A stretch of 63,334 bases of DNA, counting the filler, from Reticulomyxa filosa (Eukaryota > Protista > Foraminifera): the NCBI GenBank assembly GCA_000512085.1. It is 25 parts of 25 records of this genome, joined end to end, with 100 filler letters (N's around TTAATTAATTAA, not from the genome) between each part and the next. Parts side by side here need not be neighbours in the genome. Positions count along the whole stretch, not along the records: positions 51,072 to 53,605 come from ASPP01005774.1; positions 53,706 to 55,604 come from ASPP01010336.1; positions 55,705 to 56,893 come from ASPP01033339.1; positions 56,994 to 59,512 come from ASPP01010923.1; positions 59,613 to 60,680 come from ASPP01030090.1; positions 60,781 to 62,046 come from ASPP01014432.1; positions 62,147 to 63,334 come from ASPP01025450.1; 18 more parts are not named here. One strand, written 5' to 3'. The position numbers were made by a program, and so were the translations under genes. Shown in pieces: positions 52,011 through 63,334 of this stretch. The notes beneath the pieces were generated by a model. It saw nothing but the letters and a program-made list of their open reading frames with translations, was not told the origin of the DNA and ran no database searches. Position 1 is the first letter of the stretch. The number at the start of each line of letters is the position of its first letter.

Positions 52011-53470
52011 TTAATTGAGTTCCCACAATCCAAAGTCAAAATGACCCAAAACAATTTGTGGAAAAACGTCAAGTACTTCTTGCAAATGCATACGACAAGG
52101 AGAATAAAAGTCAAATAAGTCTTTTTTGACAACAAGGCTCAGTTTATTAAATGTGTCAGGAGTTTCATATTGCAGTTGGTTTTTGACAAACCATTTATCG
52201 GCTGGACTGCACTGACGTGTATTACGAGCACTGTTTTTTTGGAGCGACAGTCCCTCCAATCTTTTTTTTTTGCGCAATTGTGGAGTTGCTCCATATCTAC
52301 ACCATCCGCCACCCAGCACTCCACATAGCGAATGGCTCTCCCAACGTCCGAAAAGAGCCACTCGGATTGCATAACTTTAATGACTTGAGAGTCGTCGTTA
52401 TGGGTTGAAATGACTCTATGTCGATGATCCAATTGTATATGTCCATAAGCCTTCAACCAAGCCAAAAGTGGGTAATAATAGCAGCCGTCCACTCCACGCA
52501 AGGCCATATCTGCATGATTGTTATAATAGAGTTCGCGATGCTTTTGACTGTCTCTGTGTTCATCTCCACTATCCAAAGGCCATATATTTTTATGTGCCAA
52601 CAGCAATTCCATAATCCACGCATTAAAAAATAAGAGTTGCTGTTTCACCATTTCATATTTTCTGGAAAACAAAAGTTTGGAGTCTGAGCTCAATTGGTTA
52701 CCCCCTCCATTTCCGGCTATAGACGGTACCAAAAACAGATCTCTTGCCCATATATGTGCATCCCTGTCTCGAATCGTGTCATACAAATACTCGACTGACA
52801 TTTCGTTGTATCCATTCATATATACACTGCGATGATGCAGCATGTAGCTGAACAGACGCTGCACTGGCTCCCGCATTACGTATAAAATTTTGGAGCCACT
52901 CAAGTGCTTGGCAAAGATTGTAGCCACATAAGGAAAATGGGCATATCCCGAGCTTTTCTCATACGCATGCACGACCTGCTGCTTCATAGAGTTTGCACCC
53001 CAAAGCCACGAGCGCGACAGGTAATCAAGTACAGTGCAGCGTTTTTGATTGTGAAAAGGCGAAAGTGAGAAATCGGCCAACAGATCAAAGGACACATCCC
53101 AAGACATATCTGCCAACACAGTCATAATTCGATGGTTTTTTTTTTATAGTAAATTTTTTTCAGTGGCTCTTCTGTTTCATTGGTGGCTCTGGATATATTC
53201 CAATCCCAATCCCAATTCCAATGTGTCCCATTCACTTTGGTCCACTTCTGCTTGCTGCCGTAACTTCGATGGTACTTCAACAATTCTTGTGGCACACATT
53301 CATTCCAATACCATAAATCACTCCTCCCAACATCGTGCAAAAATGATTGACAATGCTGGAACAACGCCTCACTTACTGTTGTCGTCCCGCTGTTCGCTGC
53401 ACCTATTATCACCAACTTCGGTTGTCCTGCATCTGCTTTCTCCGATAACTTCCCTTGCAAACTTTCACTT
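52011..53470 (-). CDS. Sulfotransferase (heparan-sulfate/Sulfotransfer_1-like), 5' partial
   Basis: 5'-PSB-like VIIGAANSGTTTVSEAL and 3'-PB KILYVMREPVQRLFSY; later GCYYYPL..WL..Y. Frameshifts near homopolymers (~53135-53160, ~52234-52240). Confidence 0.75.
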
Positions 53471-54900
53471 TGCAATCACAAATAGAAATATAGATATATT
53501 TATTTATATATGTATACGTATATACACAAAGAAGAGCAAAACATTTTACTGTAAGTATACGTATACATATATGTATAAGTATACGTAGCAAAAAAAAAAA
53601 AAAAANNNNNNNNNNNNNNNNNNNNNNNNNNNNNNNNNNNNNNNNNNNNTTAATTAATTAANNNNNNNNNNNNNNNNNNNNNNNNNNNNNNNNNNNNNNN
53701 NNNNNAAAGTACTCTGTTGAGAATAATGTTTTAATCATTAAAAATACATGCTCATTGTTATTTTAAAAAAATGTATTTCCATAATGACTACAATTTTTAT
53801 TTCCAATTCGAAACATGACTTTAAAAAAATCTTTCATACTTTTATCTTGGCATTTGCTTCTTTTATGACACAAAACCAAATACATTTGTCGTTTTATCAA
53901 TATTTCTAAAAAAAGAAATTTTTGTCTGATATTGCATGATAATACAATATGCTTTTAATTCACTCTCCAACAACCTTATCTTTCTTTTTGTTTTTAAGTT
54001 GTTAGATATTCTATTTAATTAATTTTATTATTATTAATCAACACTTTTCCTACGACATAAATTTAAATCTTTGAAAATATTACTAATGTAGGAACAGCGA
54101 GTGCTAAGTGTAATACGAAAGGAACTTAGCTCCAAAAACAAATTTCAATAAAAAGAAAGTAAATTAATGACAATAATTACAACAAGACAGAAGTAAAACA
54201 AGAGAGAATTGAGTTGTGTTGTGATGAGAGTTTAGCCCACTGGGGCTCCACACTTGCTTTAGAACTTTGCCGTTTACAACGAGACTTACCCTACACGGAC
54301 ATTTACTTTAGATATTACGATATTTATTTCTTACAGGTATTTTTTATTTTAGATTACAAAATGTTTTCTTTTTATTGTACATTAACTAGCTCTTTTTGTT
54401 ACGTGTAGATTTTGCATAAAAAAACATGATTTAAAAATTTTGACTAAATTGTTTTCGCTGCCTTCTTTAGTGTAGTCAGAAACAAAATAATTTTAAAAAT
54501 ATCCAGTACACCAGTTTACAACATACTTACAATGAGTCCACCAGCCAACAAATGTTGTAACTTAATCTGTTTATGATGCTAACTTCAACGCTAAAAATCT
54601 CCACAATTTTTTTCATTTTATTAAACTTAAGAAAATATCTAATGTTTGCGTGTATATCAGTTTTACATTTCATTTATATTGGAGTAGTGATGATTTGAAA
54701 TATCCAACAACTTTTTGCTATAAAAGAACAAAAAACTGCGCACAAATAACAATTTTCGTGCACTACTAATTACTGTAGTTTGATATCTTTTTTTTTCTAT
54801 TGGATTTGTTGTTATGAATAAAAAAGAGACCAATAGACTAAAAGATAAGGAAGCTGAGGACATTTAGGGAGTGCATTTTTAAAAAAAGTTGAATCAAGCC

Positions 54901-55534
54901 ATGGCCGCAGAAGAAGTGAGTAACTATTTTGTTTTTGTTTTTGTTTTTTTGATTGTGTAGTTAATAAAAAAGACGTATTGGCATTGGTGACTAGTTGGGT
55001 AATCGTAGACAGTCACGTTTCGACGAGATAAGAAGAAGAGAAGACGAAGAGCATACATTCAAAGACGACTTTTATGAGAAAGTGAACGTGCGAGCGATAT
55101 TGAGTGGATCAAGTGTGATAGGACGAAATGAGGCGCGATTGATGATCTGTCAATTCCGCGGTTGCGACATGGACCGCGTGCAATTTTCGGACCCAGCGGT
55201 GTTGATGTTGGACGGGATGTCATTGGAGAGTTTGGACTCGTTTTTGGAATCGGCATCGGACTCTTTGGTCGACACGTTGAAAGGCGAAGAGGACGCGACA
55301 CTGCCGACGACCGCGCAAATCAGGTTATCGCAAAACGTGGACGAAAAGAAGAAGAGTGCAGAGGACGGACAAGGGAGCAAAGCAGTGGAGCGAACGACCA
55401 TTTTGGAATTGTCCAAGTTGTTGAAGGAGTTTAAAGCTGCCGACAATCCCGCTAACCGCGCGAAATTTCGCGACGAGTTTTTTTTTTGTTATTCTAACTT
55501 GGATGTTGTGCATCGATTGGCGATTCCACCACAA
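54901..55534 (+). CDS. Hypothetical protein, 5' part
   Basis: ATG exon MAAEE with GTGAGT donor spliced to the ORF from 54995; GC-richer coding signal. Confidence 0.6.
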
Positions 55535-55952
55535 GTTTTTAATAATTATATATATAAATATATGTATATATATAAATATATGTATATATAAATATATGTA
55601 TATANNNNNNNNNNNNNNNNNNNNNNNNNNNNNNNNNNNNNNNNNNNNTTAATTAATTAANNNNNNNNNNNNNNNNNNNNNNNNNNNNNNNNNNNNNNNN
55701 NNNNTGCCATTTAGGTATGGCAGTTTTTTTTGCAATCTACTGTATAACTCAAAACAATGCATAACTTATCAAATTATTTAGCAGTTAAGTACTATACAAT
55801 CATTATTTAAAAGAATATACATCTCTTATTTCAAAAAAAAAAAGGAGTTCATTGCTAAAAAAAATTTAGATCAGGCGGCGTCTTCATGAATATTCTAGCG
55901 CCGCCATAATTAAACTTTCCTTTTTGATTTTGTCTTACTTGCTTTTTTTTCC

Positions 55953-56525
55953 AAAGCGCCACTTGGTTGGGTTGTATAATGTTTAGTATTGTATTACTGT
56001 TAAATGATGATTGAAGATCTAAGTGTTTATAAAAAAAATGAATATTAGTAAAAAATTCGACATAACCAAACCAGTATGTGACTCTATGTAAATGGATTAA
56101 AACACAGTTGTGAAATTCATGTAAAAAAATATTGATATAGTACATATTTAGACTGCAATCAGTTTTAAATTGTCCATAATGACGTCAAGTAAGTATGACT
56201 GAAAATGGCTTATAATGAAATTGTATTGAAATTATACAAATCCACAAGTGCATTTGAGTAATTCAAGTGTTTCTATTTTCAAAACGCCACTTGGATGGGT
56301 TTTGTGATTTTTATGGAGTATTGCAATGAATGATGAGTCAAGTGCCTATAAAAGGCCATAAGTGTTGATAACAAAATGAAAATATGTAAAAAAATTTGAA
56401 ATGACCAAACCAAGTTGTGATTATATGTAAATGAATTTCCAACACATTTATGAAATTCCGGTGAAAAAAGCTTGGTGTGGTACAAAGTTAGACCGCAATC
56501 AGTTTTGATTGTGTTATGACGCCTT
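55953..56525. repeat. Diverged tandem duplication (~330-360 bp period)
   Basis: Shared blocks cgccacttgg.tgggtt, accaaacca...tgtga, tatgtaaatg, gcaatcagtttt in both units. Confidence 0.7.
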
Positions 56526-57078
56526 TAGGTTGACAATCATTTTATTTTCTCTTTTTTACTGACAAAGACATTTCAATATTTTTTAACAAATCATTGCTTT
56601 ATATATTTTAATACTGCACAAATTTACAACAACTTCATCTAATGATTTTATTCAAACATTTTGGCAATAATCTATGAAAAGAGACAATATCACAAACATT
56701 GAAAAATTCAACCAAATTTATTATGAGATATGATGATAATTGGTATTATCAATATATAAAAATAAATTTATGGCATGCGTTTGGTGGTGGTGTGTAACTA
56801 TAAATCATTTTGGCTAAACACTATTTACCAGACGTGCTTTTACTGTTATTCAAAATAATGAATATTATAAATCGATGGTAAAGGATTTCCAGCNNNNNNN
56901 NNNNNNNNNNNNNNNNNNNNNNNNNNNNNNNNNNNNNTTAATTAATTAANNNNNNNNNNNNNNNNNNNNNNNNNNNNNNNNNNNNNNNNNNNNAGAAACT
57001 ATTATAAATTGAATTTTTTTTTTTTTTTTTTTTTTTTGTAAACTTATTTTTTTTTCAAAAAAATAAAAAAATATCACA

Positions 57079-57710
57079 CAAAACTTCTCTGCTTGCTGTA
57101 GTCCCGAATCTGATTTATGAAACCCCAACCCATATCTCTGACCATTTTCGTCAGTGAAGCTATGGAAATTTTGAGATTTTTCTTTGTACGTACATTCCCT
57201 GGTGCAATTTGCGTTCAATAGCACTTGCTGCGACTTCACTGTCCACGCCAATAGTCGATAGCTATTGTCTGCACTATCGCTACATAAATGAACCTTTTAC
57301 ATTTTTCACACCGATGTAAAGTGATTGCTTTTGATGCACATATTGCTAATTTTTTTTTTTTTTAATTGCCTCCTTCCACCTGCTTTCTTTTTTTTTTTAT
57401 CTTAAAAGAAATGCTATGTGTCAATCTCTCGCGTTATCGCGCTTTTTTTTTAATGAAAAGAAAAAACGAAACTTCTGACCATCCACCTTCCCCAGAAACA
57501 ACCCATTTACGGTTTTGTAGGTTATAAACTACTGCATAACAAGATTTTATTGATTTCTCGGTTGCACCCCCAGGGGTGGAAGGAATGCACTTGTTCTGAT
57601 ACTCTTCTTCTAAATAGTTACTTGTGTGAGTGTTTTCGGACAAAACAATAAGATGGATAAATAATGCCGCATCATTATGACAACTCGGAAGATAATCGAT
57701 CTTACCTCAT
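57079..57710 (-). CDS. WH1/EVH1 domain protein (3' partial)
   Basis: Spliced AVVYNLQNRKWVVSGEGGWSE|VHLCSDSADNSYRLLAW..VLLN..YKEKSQNFHSFTDENGQRYGLGF..AEKF; ATG AG|GTAAG first exon at 57710. Confidence 0.82.
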
Positions 57711-58096
57711 TTCAAAGTAGTATTTCGTTTCACTTTTTGATAAAAGTTTGCGAATATTAAGTGTAATCAATAAGCTGCAACTGCGGGAAAAAAAGGGCTG
57801 CCGTTTCGTAGTTTTATAACTCGCCAATCTTAAAAAAGAAGAGAGAAAACAACATTTCGAGATGAAAATATCCATTTGGTTCCTCTTTTGGATCGAGAAA
57901 TAACAACATTTGAGAGAAAAAAAATGCATCATCACAGTACAAATGTGTTGTTACAAGGAAATATATTTTGAAGCCAACCGCATTGTTTTTATCTTTTTGA
58001 TGTTGTTTTTTTTTTTAAAAAATCATGACAACAACGAGATGATATGGTTACTGGAAATAGCGATTAGGGTATTATCTTTCACATTGTGCAAGCCTA

Positions 58097-59430
58097 TCAC
58101 TGATTGGATTCGAACCAACCGAATTTGTGTCTTTTGGATTGGCTAAGTTTTTGAATGACTTGATCATTGTCGTCGGTGATGGCAAATCCGTCATTAACAA
58201 AGATTTCATTGGAGGGTCTATCAACGTAGCACCAATATTTCCAATTTCTCCAAATCTGTGTCGGTACATATTTGTTTCTGTTGAAGTACGTTTCATTGCC
58301 GACGTAGGAGCACACGCCCGCGACGAGGGTCAGCACACTGCACAACTTCAACAGAGTTGCAATTTTGTGCCATTTGACAGAGTCATAAGAATGCAAGACA
58401 TGTTTGAAGATCCAAGAGTGACTCAAGTATTGGCCATAGTACGCACACACACTCGAAACGAAGGTCAGCGTCCAAGGTGTGAATTGAGCGGCTTCATAGG
58501 TCAACAAGTTTACTTTTTCTTTCAACAACTTGGTGACCCACGTCGATTTCTTCGACACTGGCTCGGATATGTCGCTCCGTTCTTCCCCTTGTTCCTCCTG
58601 TTCTTGGCCCTCTTTTTCTTTGGAATTTTGGAGGACATGACATTCACCCGTTTTGTCATTCGACATACGCTGCTGTGTCAACACATACGCCCATGACGCT
58701 ATCCATTTTATCCCACTGTTCAAAAATGGGATGACCAGTAAGAAACTATTCAATTGCAGCCATGTTTTGGCTTCGGGATGGTGTTGCACTCCAGCTCCAC
58801 ACTTCCAAATGCTTAATACACTATTCAAAAAAAAAAAAAAAAAAAAAGAAAATTCTATAAATATGTATACATACATATGTGTACATATATATGTATATAT
58901 ATATATTTTTTTTTTTTTGTTATAAAAAAAAAAAAAAGAGTACATGACATAACCAAAAGATCGATGCAGGGAACAAATGTCCAGTGAGCAAACTCGAAAC
59001 AGCAGTATGCAGGAAAAAGTGTCTTTTCATTTTGTCCCACGTGTCTCGGTTCTCTCGATGGAGCTGTGAGCGCAGCAACGACAAGCCTTTTTGGTGTTGA
59101 GAGGAGGTGGACGAAGACTGTGCAGAGGGCTGTTTGGTCGGAGCGAGATCAATGCGAATATTTTCCGTGCCGTCCGGACGAGTGGTCGAAACAGACTGAC
59201 TCGCAGTTCCCACATCGACATGTTTCGCTTCGTTCTCATTTGTCGTACTTGTAGTAGTTATCGTTGTTGTTGTTGTTGTTGTTGTAGCTGCAGTAGAAGC
59301 TGTGCGCTGTTTTTCCTCTTCCAGCTGCTTTTCCATTTCATTATACCATGCCGGCTTTGAACTGTCCGCTTTTGCAATCGACTGATCCGAAGGGTTTAAT
59401 ACAAGAAAAGAATAGTTATCTGGCATCTAT
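58097..59430 (-). CDS. Hypothetical membrane protein (multi-exon, 5' partial)
   Basis: Two long ORFs (58920-59426, 58097-58945) separated by an AT-rich intron; hydrophobic segments. Confidence 0.55.
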
Positions 59431-59468
59431 TGTAACATATAACAATATAATAATAATGATAATAACAA

Positions 59469-59512
<44 letters not shown>

Positions 59513-59612
59513 NNNNNNNNNNNNNNNNNNNNNNNNNNNNNNNNNNNNNNNNNNNNTTAATTAATTAANNNNNNNNNNNNNNNNNNNNNNNNNNNNNNNN
59601 NNNNNNNNNNNN

Positions 59613-60114
59613 CGCCCGATTCGTGCATCAGGTCGCCTTTCAGCGTGCCGATCTCGCCATCGGCGATCACGTACTCGTGCACCAGGTCGTCGGACCAGCG
59701 GGCGTGCTGGCGGTGAAACAGGCGCAGGCTGTAATCGGGGTAGCCCTCGCCGTGTTTCAGAAAACGACCCATGAACTTGTTGCTACGGGCAAAACGCCAG
59801 GCATGGCCTGTGGGTTTTTGCAGCAAGGTCTTGATTTCATGTATCAATTCCGGTGATAGCCACTCGTCTGCATCCAGGCACAGCACCCAGTCGTGGCGTG
59901 CTTGTGCCACCGCAAATTGCTTTTGCGGACCGAATCCCAGCCAGTCCTGGTGGATAACTTTGGCCTTATAGGCAGAAGCTATTGCCAATGTCCTGTCGCT
60001 GCTTCCCGAATCCACCACTACGATCTCGTCGGCAAAGGCACAACTTTGCAGACATTTTTCCAGCTGTGTTGCCGCATTTTTGGTGATAAGCACCACGCTA
60101 ATCGGTTCAGACAT
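59613..60114 (-). CDS. Bacterial family-2 glycosyltransferase (WaaE/KdtX-like), 3' truncated
   Basis: ISVVLITKN..CLQS..ADEIVVVDSGSSDRT..WLGFGPQKQFA..WVLCLDADE..YPDY.LRLF..VHE; intronless, with GC-rich codon usage unlike the host. Confidence 0.92.
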
Positions 60115-60170
60115 GTTTTCCTGACTGTCCATTTATATATTGATAAGGGCAGATGAAGGCTAGGCCATGT

Positions 60171-60674
60171 TGTGGATAACCTTGCTTTTCCTTTTTTTTT
60201 CAATGCTTTGCCAGATATGGCTTCGTGTGCCCTGTGCCCCCGTTAGCGGGTGCACGTCTTGTGGATAAATATCCCGCTTTTTGCCAACAGCGGGTTGTCC
60301 ACAATTCTGCCCGCCAGTTTACCGCTGTCGCTGTGCATGACGTAGCGTCGTTTGGTCTGCAGCAGGGTGGCGGTCGGCAGTCATCCCGTTTACCAGTGGT
60401 TGCAGACGGTTTTTTTGACGGTTTTGCAGTAGACGCTTGGTCGTTCGTCCAACCTTCCCTGTTTACCCTTTTTTATATTGAAGACAATGATATAGAGGCC
60501 AAATTGTTGTGGATAACCTTGAAAAAATACGCATTTTCAAGGTGTTGCCTTGTGTGCGCTTGCATGGCAAAGCGGGCTGGCCGCAATAGGACGAATTGTG
60601 GATAACTTTCGGCTTGCTTATCCACAGCGCCTTATCCACATTCGGGTCGCGGCGATTTTACTTGGTTAACCACA
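60171..60674. promoter_or_regulatory. DnaA-box cluster; candidate bacterial replication origin (oriC)
   Basis: Perfect TTATCCACA boxes (either strand) at 60171, 60260, 60508, 60597, 60618, 60632; one-mismatch boxes at 60295 and 60666; adjacent AT-rich tracts. Confidence 0.8.
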
Positions 60675-60829
60675 GGGGCANNNNNNNNNNNNNNNNNNNN
60701 NNNNNNNNNNNNNNNNNNNNNNNNTTAATTAATTAANNNNNNNNNNNNNNNNNNNNNNNNNNNNNNNNNNNNNNNNNNNNTATTATTATTAATTTTTTTT
60801 TTTTTTTGGAAGATAAAAATCAAAAAACA

Positions 60830-61980
60830 AGTACTACAAAACAGTCATCGTTATCGAGAGTAGGATATTCGGAATTGCCTTGGAAATATGGGTTTTCGTA
60901 GAGTGTGATTTCAAATTGGCGATGGTCATCAGTAGTCGCGCAGTTGATAATCAAGACGCATCCATCACTTCCCATATCTCGCGAGGTCGATCCAGGATTT
61001 TGCTGATCGGCGTCATCGTTTTGAACGGCATTGCGAACAGGTGAAATGGTGCAATATCCCAATTCAGGTTCTTTGGGATAGCCACTATTCCAAATTTTGA
61101 TTTTATTTACATCCGCCTCGCTAAACCCAGCAGCATACAGCTGTTGTTCAAAGTTGCCACCATAGTTGTACCCACTGTCATCGTCGCACATCAACATGTC
61201 CGACTCACCTCCCAGCAACACTTCCAAATAGGTAATGAAATCATCAGGCAACGCACCACCCATGTTTCTTTTGAACTTTGAAAATATGGCCACCAAGTCT
61301 GTGGGTTGGATTTGCTTAGCCGCATCAACCCTAAAACCACTAAAACCAATTCCAATTAAATCCGTCAAGTACGCCGCCAAGCGCTCTTGCACGTTGTCCC
61401 GTTCCGTGTTGATGTCCGCTAATCCATCAAGCCATCCAGCATTCAAGTCATTTGGATCGTTCCACGAGTTCAGTGGCTGCTCGCAATGAAAGTCTGTTGG
61501 TCCATATGCATTGGCTGGGTACTCTTGCGAAGGTGGATATCCGGTCACAGGCGAACAAGTGTATGCGTAGTCTTGTGTGTAATATGGTGATGGTCCACCT
61601 GCTCCTGGAACTTCATCTGCACTATACAGACCTTTTTTTTTTTTAACAACAACACACACACACACACACACCCATTCTGTGTCGTTATTGTAACGATATT
61701 CTTGGCCATACAAAAATATTAATACACAAACTCATACCCAAAGAGCTGTTCTTGGTGCCCCAATAAACACATCCTGATCCTGGATCGCGGTGATTCGGGT
61801 TCATATCGTTTCCACCTCCGGTCATATGATTCATCACCGCATCTGTTCAATTTTTTAATATGTTTTTTAAAAAAAAAAAGTTATAAAATACGTCACAATG
61901 ATGTGACGCTTTTCATCAAATTTCCGCTTTTTTAGTTGAGTACACAAAATGCCATACCAGCGTAAACACGTACACCTATA
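60830..61980 (-). CDS. GH13 alpha-amylase (multi-exon, partial)
   Basis: Region I GVRVYA|DAVMNHM, GLADINTE, region II GFRVDAAKQ, region III YLEV, region IV-like NDDAD. Confidence 0.9.
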
Positions 61981-62929
61981 TTTTAGTGTCACACATTTTC
62001 AAAAGTTCATGTCCATGTGTTAAGTACTTGTCGCAAAAAAAAAAAANNNNNNNNNNNNNNNNNNNNNNNNNNNNNNNNNNNNNNNNNNNNTTAATTAATT
62101 AANNNNNNNNNNNNNNNNNNNNNNNNNNNNNNNNNNNNNNNNNNNNTCTTCTCCTTTTTTTTAATTATTGATCATTTTATCTTTTGTTTTTGAAATTGTT
62201 GTTGATTAAAATATAAAGATTATTTTATTACAAAAAGAAAAATAAATAAATTTTTTTAATTAAATTTCTGTTGGAAATCATTCACAATGTTGTTAGTTAT
62301 AAAAACTTATTTAAAACCAAAAAACTCTTTGCATACTTAATATTTATTAACATATATAACAGCCTTATTGATTTTCGTTGTTGTTATTGCTAGTATGGAT
62401 TTGTTGGTTATCCATAATAAGAAGCATATCTATAAGGTTGAGCATTTAGTTGAGATGGATAGCCATATGGGAATTGTCCATATTGTGGAAGAGGTTGTCT
62501 TCCATAAACTGGGGGAGGCCTATTTGTAAAAATCAATATTCAAAAAGATCATTTACTTTAGTGTGTTGAGGCTCTGTTTTAGGAAACCATAACACACAAA
62601 ATGTTTAATTTTGTTTTATTGGAAACTTATTTAGTAATGAAGTTACTTTCGTATTATACTTAAGTCACCTCAATCTTCACACAAAAGAAGTTGTTACAAA
62701 TAATTTTAAGTTATCCTTGTTTGTCACAATGCGATATTTTACGATGACTAAGATAAAAAATATAGTCACGTTTATTTTTGTCTTTTTTTGTTTTCCATAA
62801 TTGGTGATCTTTAATATTATTTGATTGACCCAAAACAAAATTGGAAATTGTATTGGCAACATTATGATCACAAATAAATACGTTAAAATCAATTTCATCA
62901 TTAGAAACATAGAATATTTATAAGATATC

Positions 62930-63200
62930 ACAATATATGAAATCTTTTCTGCAAACTACTGAGTTTTATACATATATATTATTGTGCAAAATTCAAAAGA
63001 TGAAGAATGCAATTCAGACAACTTGAAAGAGGAAGAAAATATACATATCAGAAACCTATATCGTCCAATGATAATGAGAATAAGAATTTTGTCAGCGATT
63101 AATAAATTGGTAGCAAATCAAAGAAAGTGACAAAGGAGTACAAGAAAGAGTTGAAAGGACATTCGCAATATGTTTCTAATGCCAAATTCATGCTTCAATC
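62930..63200 (+). pseudogene. Decayed WD40-family fragment
   Basis: KELKGHSQYVSNAKF at ~63145-63190 and a SSNDNE-IRI-like remnant upstream, broken by stops and frameshifts. Confidence 0.4.
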
Positions 63201-63334
63201 CAAACAAATAACTTGGCAAACCATCCAAAAATTGTTTTGTTGTCCAAACTAATGTCGTACGCAAGAATGAAATTACGGACAGTAATAACGCAAGGAAATG
63301 TGTCCAAAAGTCCTCATCTTCCTTTTTTTTTTTT

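Noticed and set aside
57684-57705. Possible 22-nt micro-intron in the EVH1 gene
   Set aside because: A downstream AG at 57622-57621 gives an ~85-nt intron of typical size and a sensible N-terminus (MSNYLEEEY).
60225-60605. 126-aa GTG-start ORF in the bacterial contig
   Set aside because: Overlaps the DnaA-box cluster and has no recognisable protein features; likely spurious.
3240-62146. Regularly recurring TTAATTAATTAA palindrome flanked by N runs, superficially like an array
   Set aside because: Fixed 44+12+44 format with six-frame stops: a scaffolding linker, not biology. Gene neighbourhoods across it were not interpreted.

Overview
This window is not one locus. It is 25 short, unrelated contigs joined by 24 artificial 100-bp spacers (44 N + TTAATTAATTAA + 44 N), so gene adjacency across spacers means nothing. 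Almost all contigs are AT-rich eukaryotic DNA with short GT-AG introns and expanded Kelch-like and WD40 families. This strongly suggests the foraminiferan Reticulomyxa filosa or a close relative (inference). Many genes carry single-base frameshifts at homopolymers, consistent with pyrosequencing error. Recognisable genes: a calcium-dependent protein kinase, an F-box protein, a TRAF-zinc-finger/WD40 protein, three Kelch-linker-WD40 paralogues, a histidine phosphatase, a CCDC13-like protein, a NifS-like fragment, an armadillo protein, a divergent beta-tubulin, Pol5/MYBBP1A, MYG1, a sulfotransferase, an EVH1 protein and a GH13 alpha-amylase. Highlights: (1) an X-family DNA polymerase spliced in frame to an N-terminal RanBP2/NZF zinc finger plus a WWE domain; (2) an apparently intact 3' half of an RLE-type (CRE-like) non-LTR retrotransposon; (3) a GC-richer bacterial contig with a GT2 glycosyltransferase beside a DnaA-box cluster (candidate oriC); (4) double-propeller Kelch-WD40 genes built around a conserved small linker exon; (5) two diverged copies of an unidentified ~2-kb decayed coding repeat.
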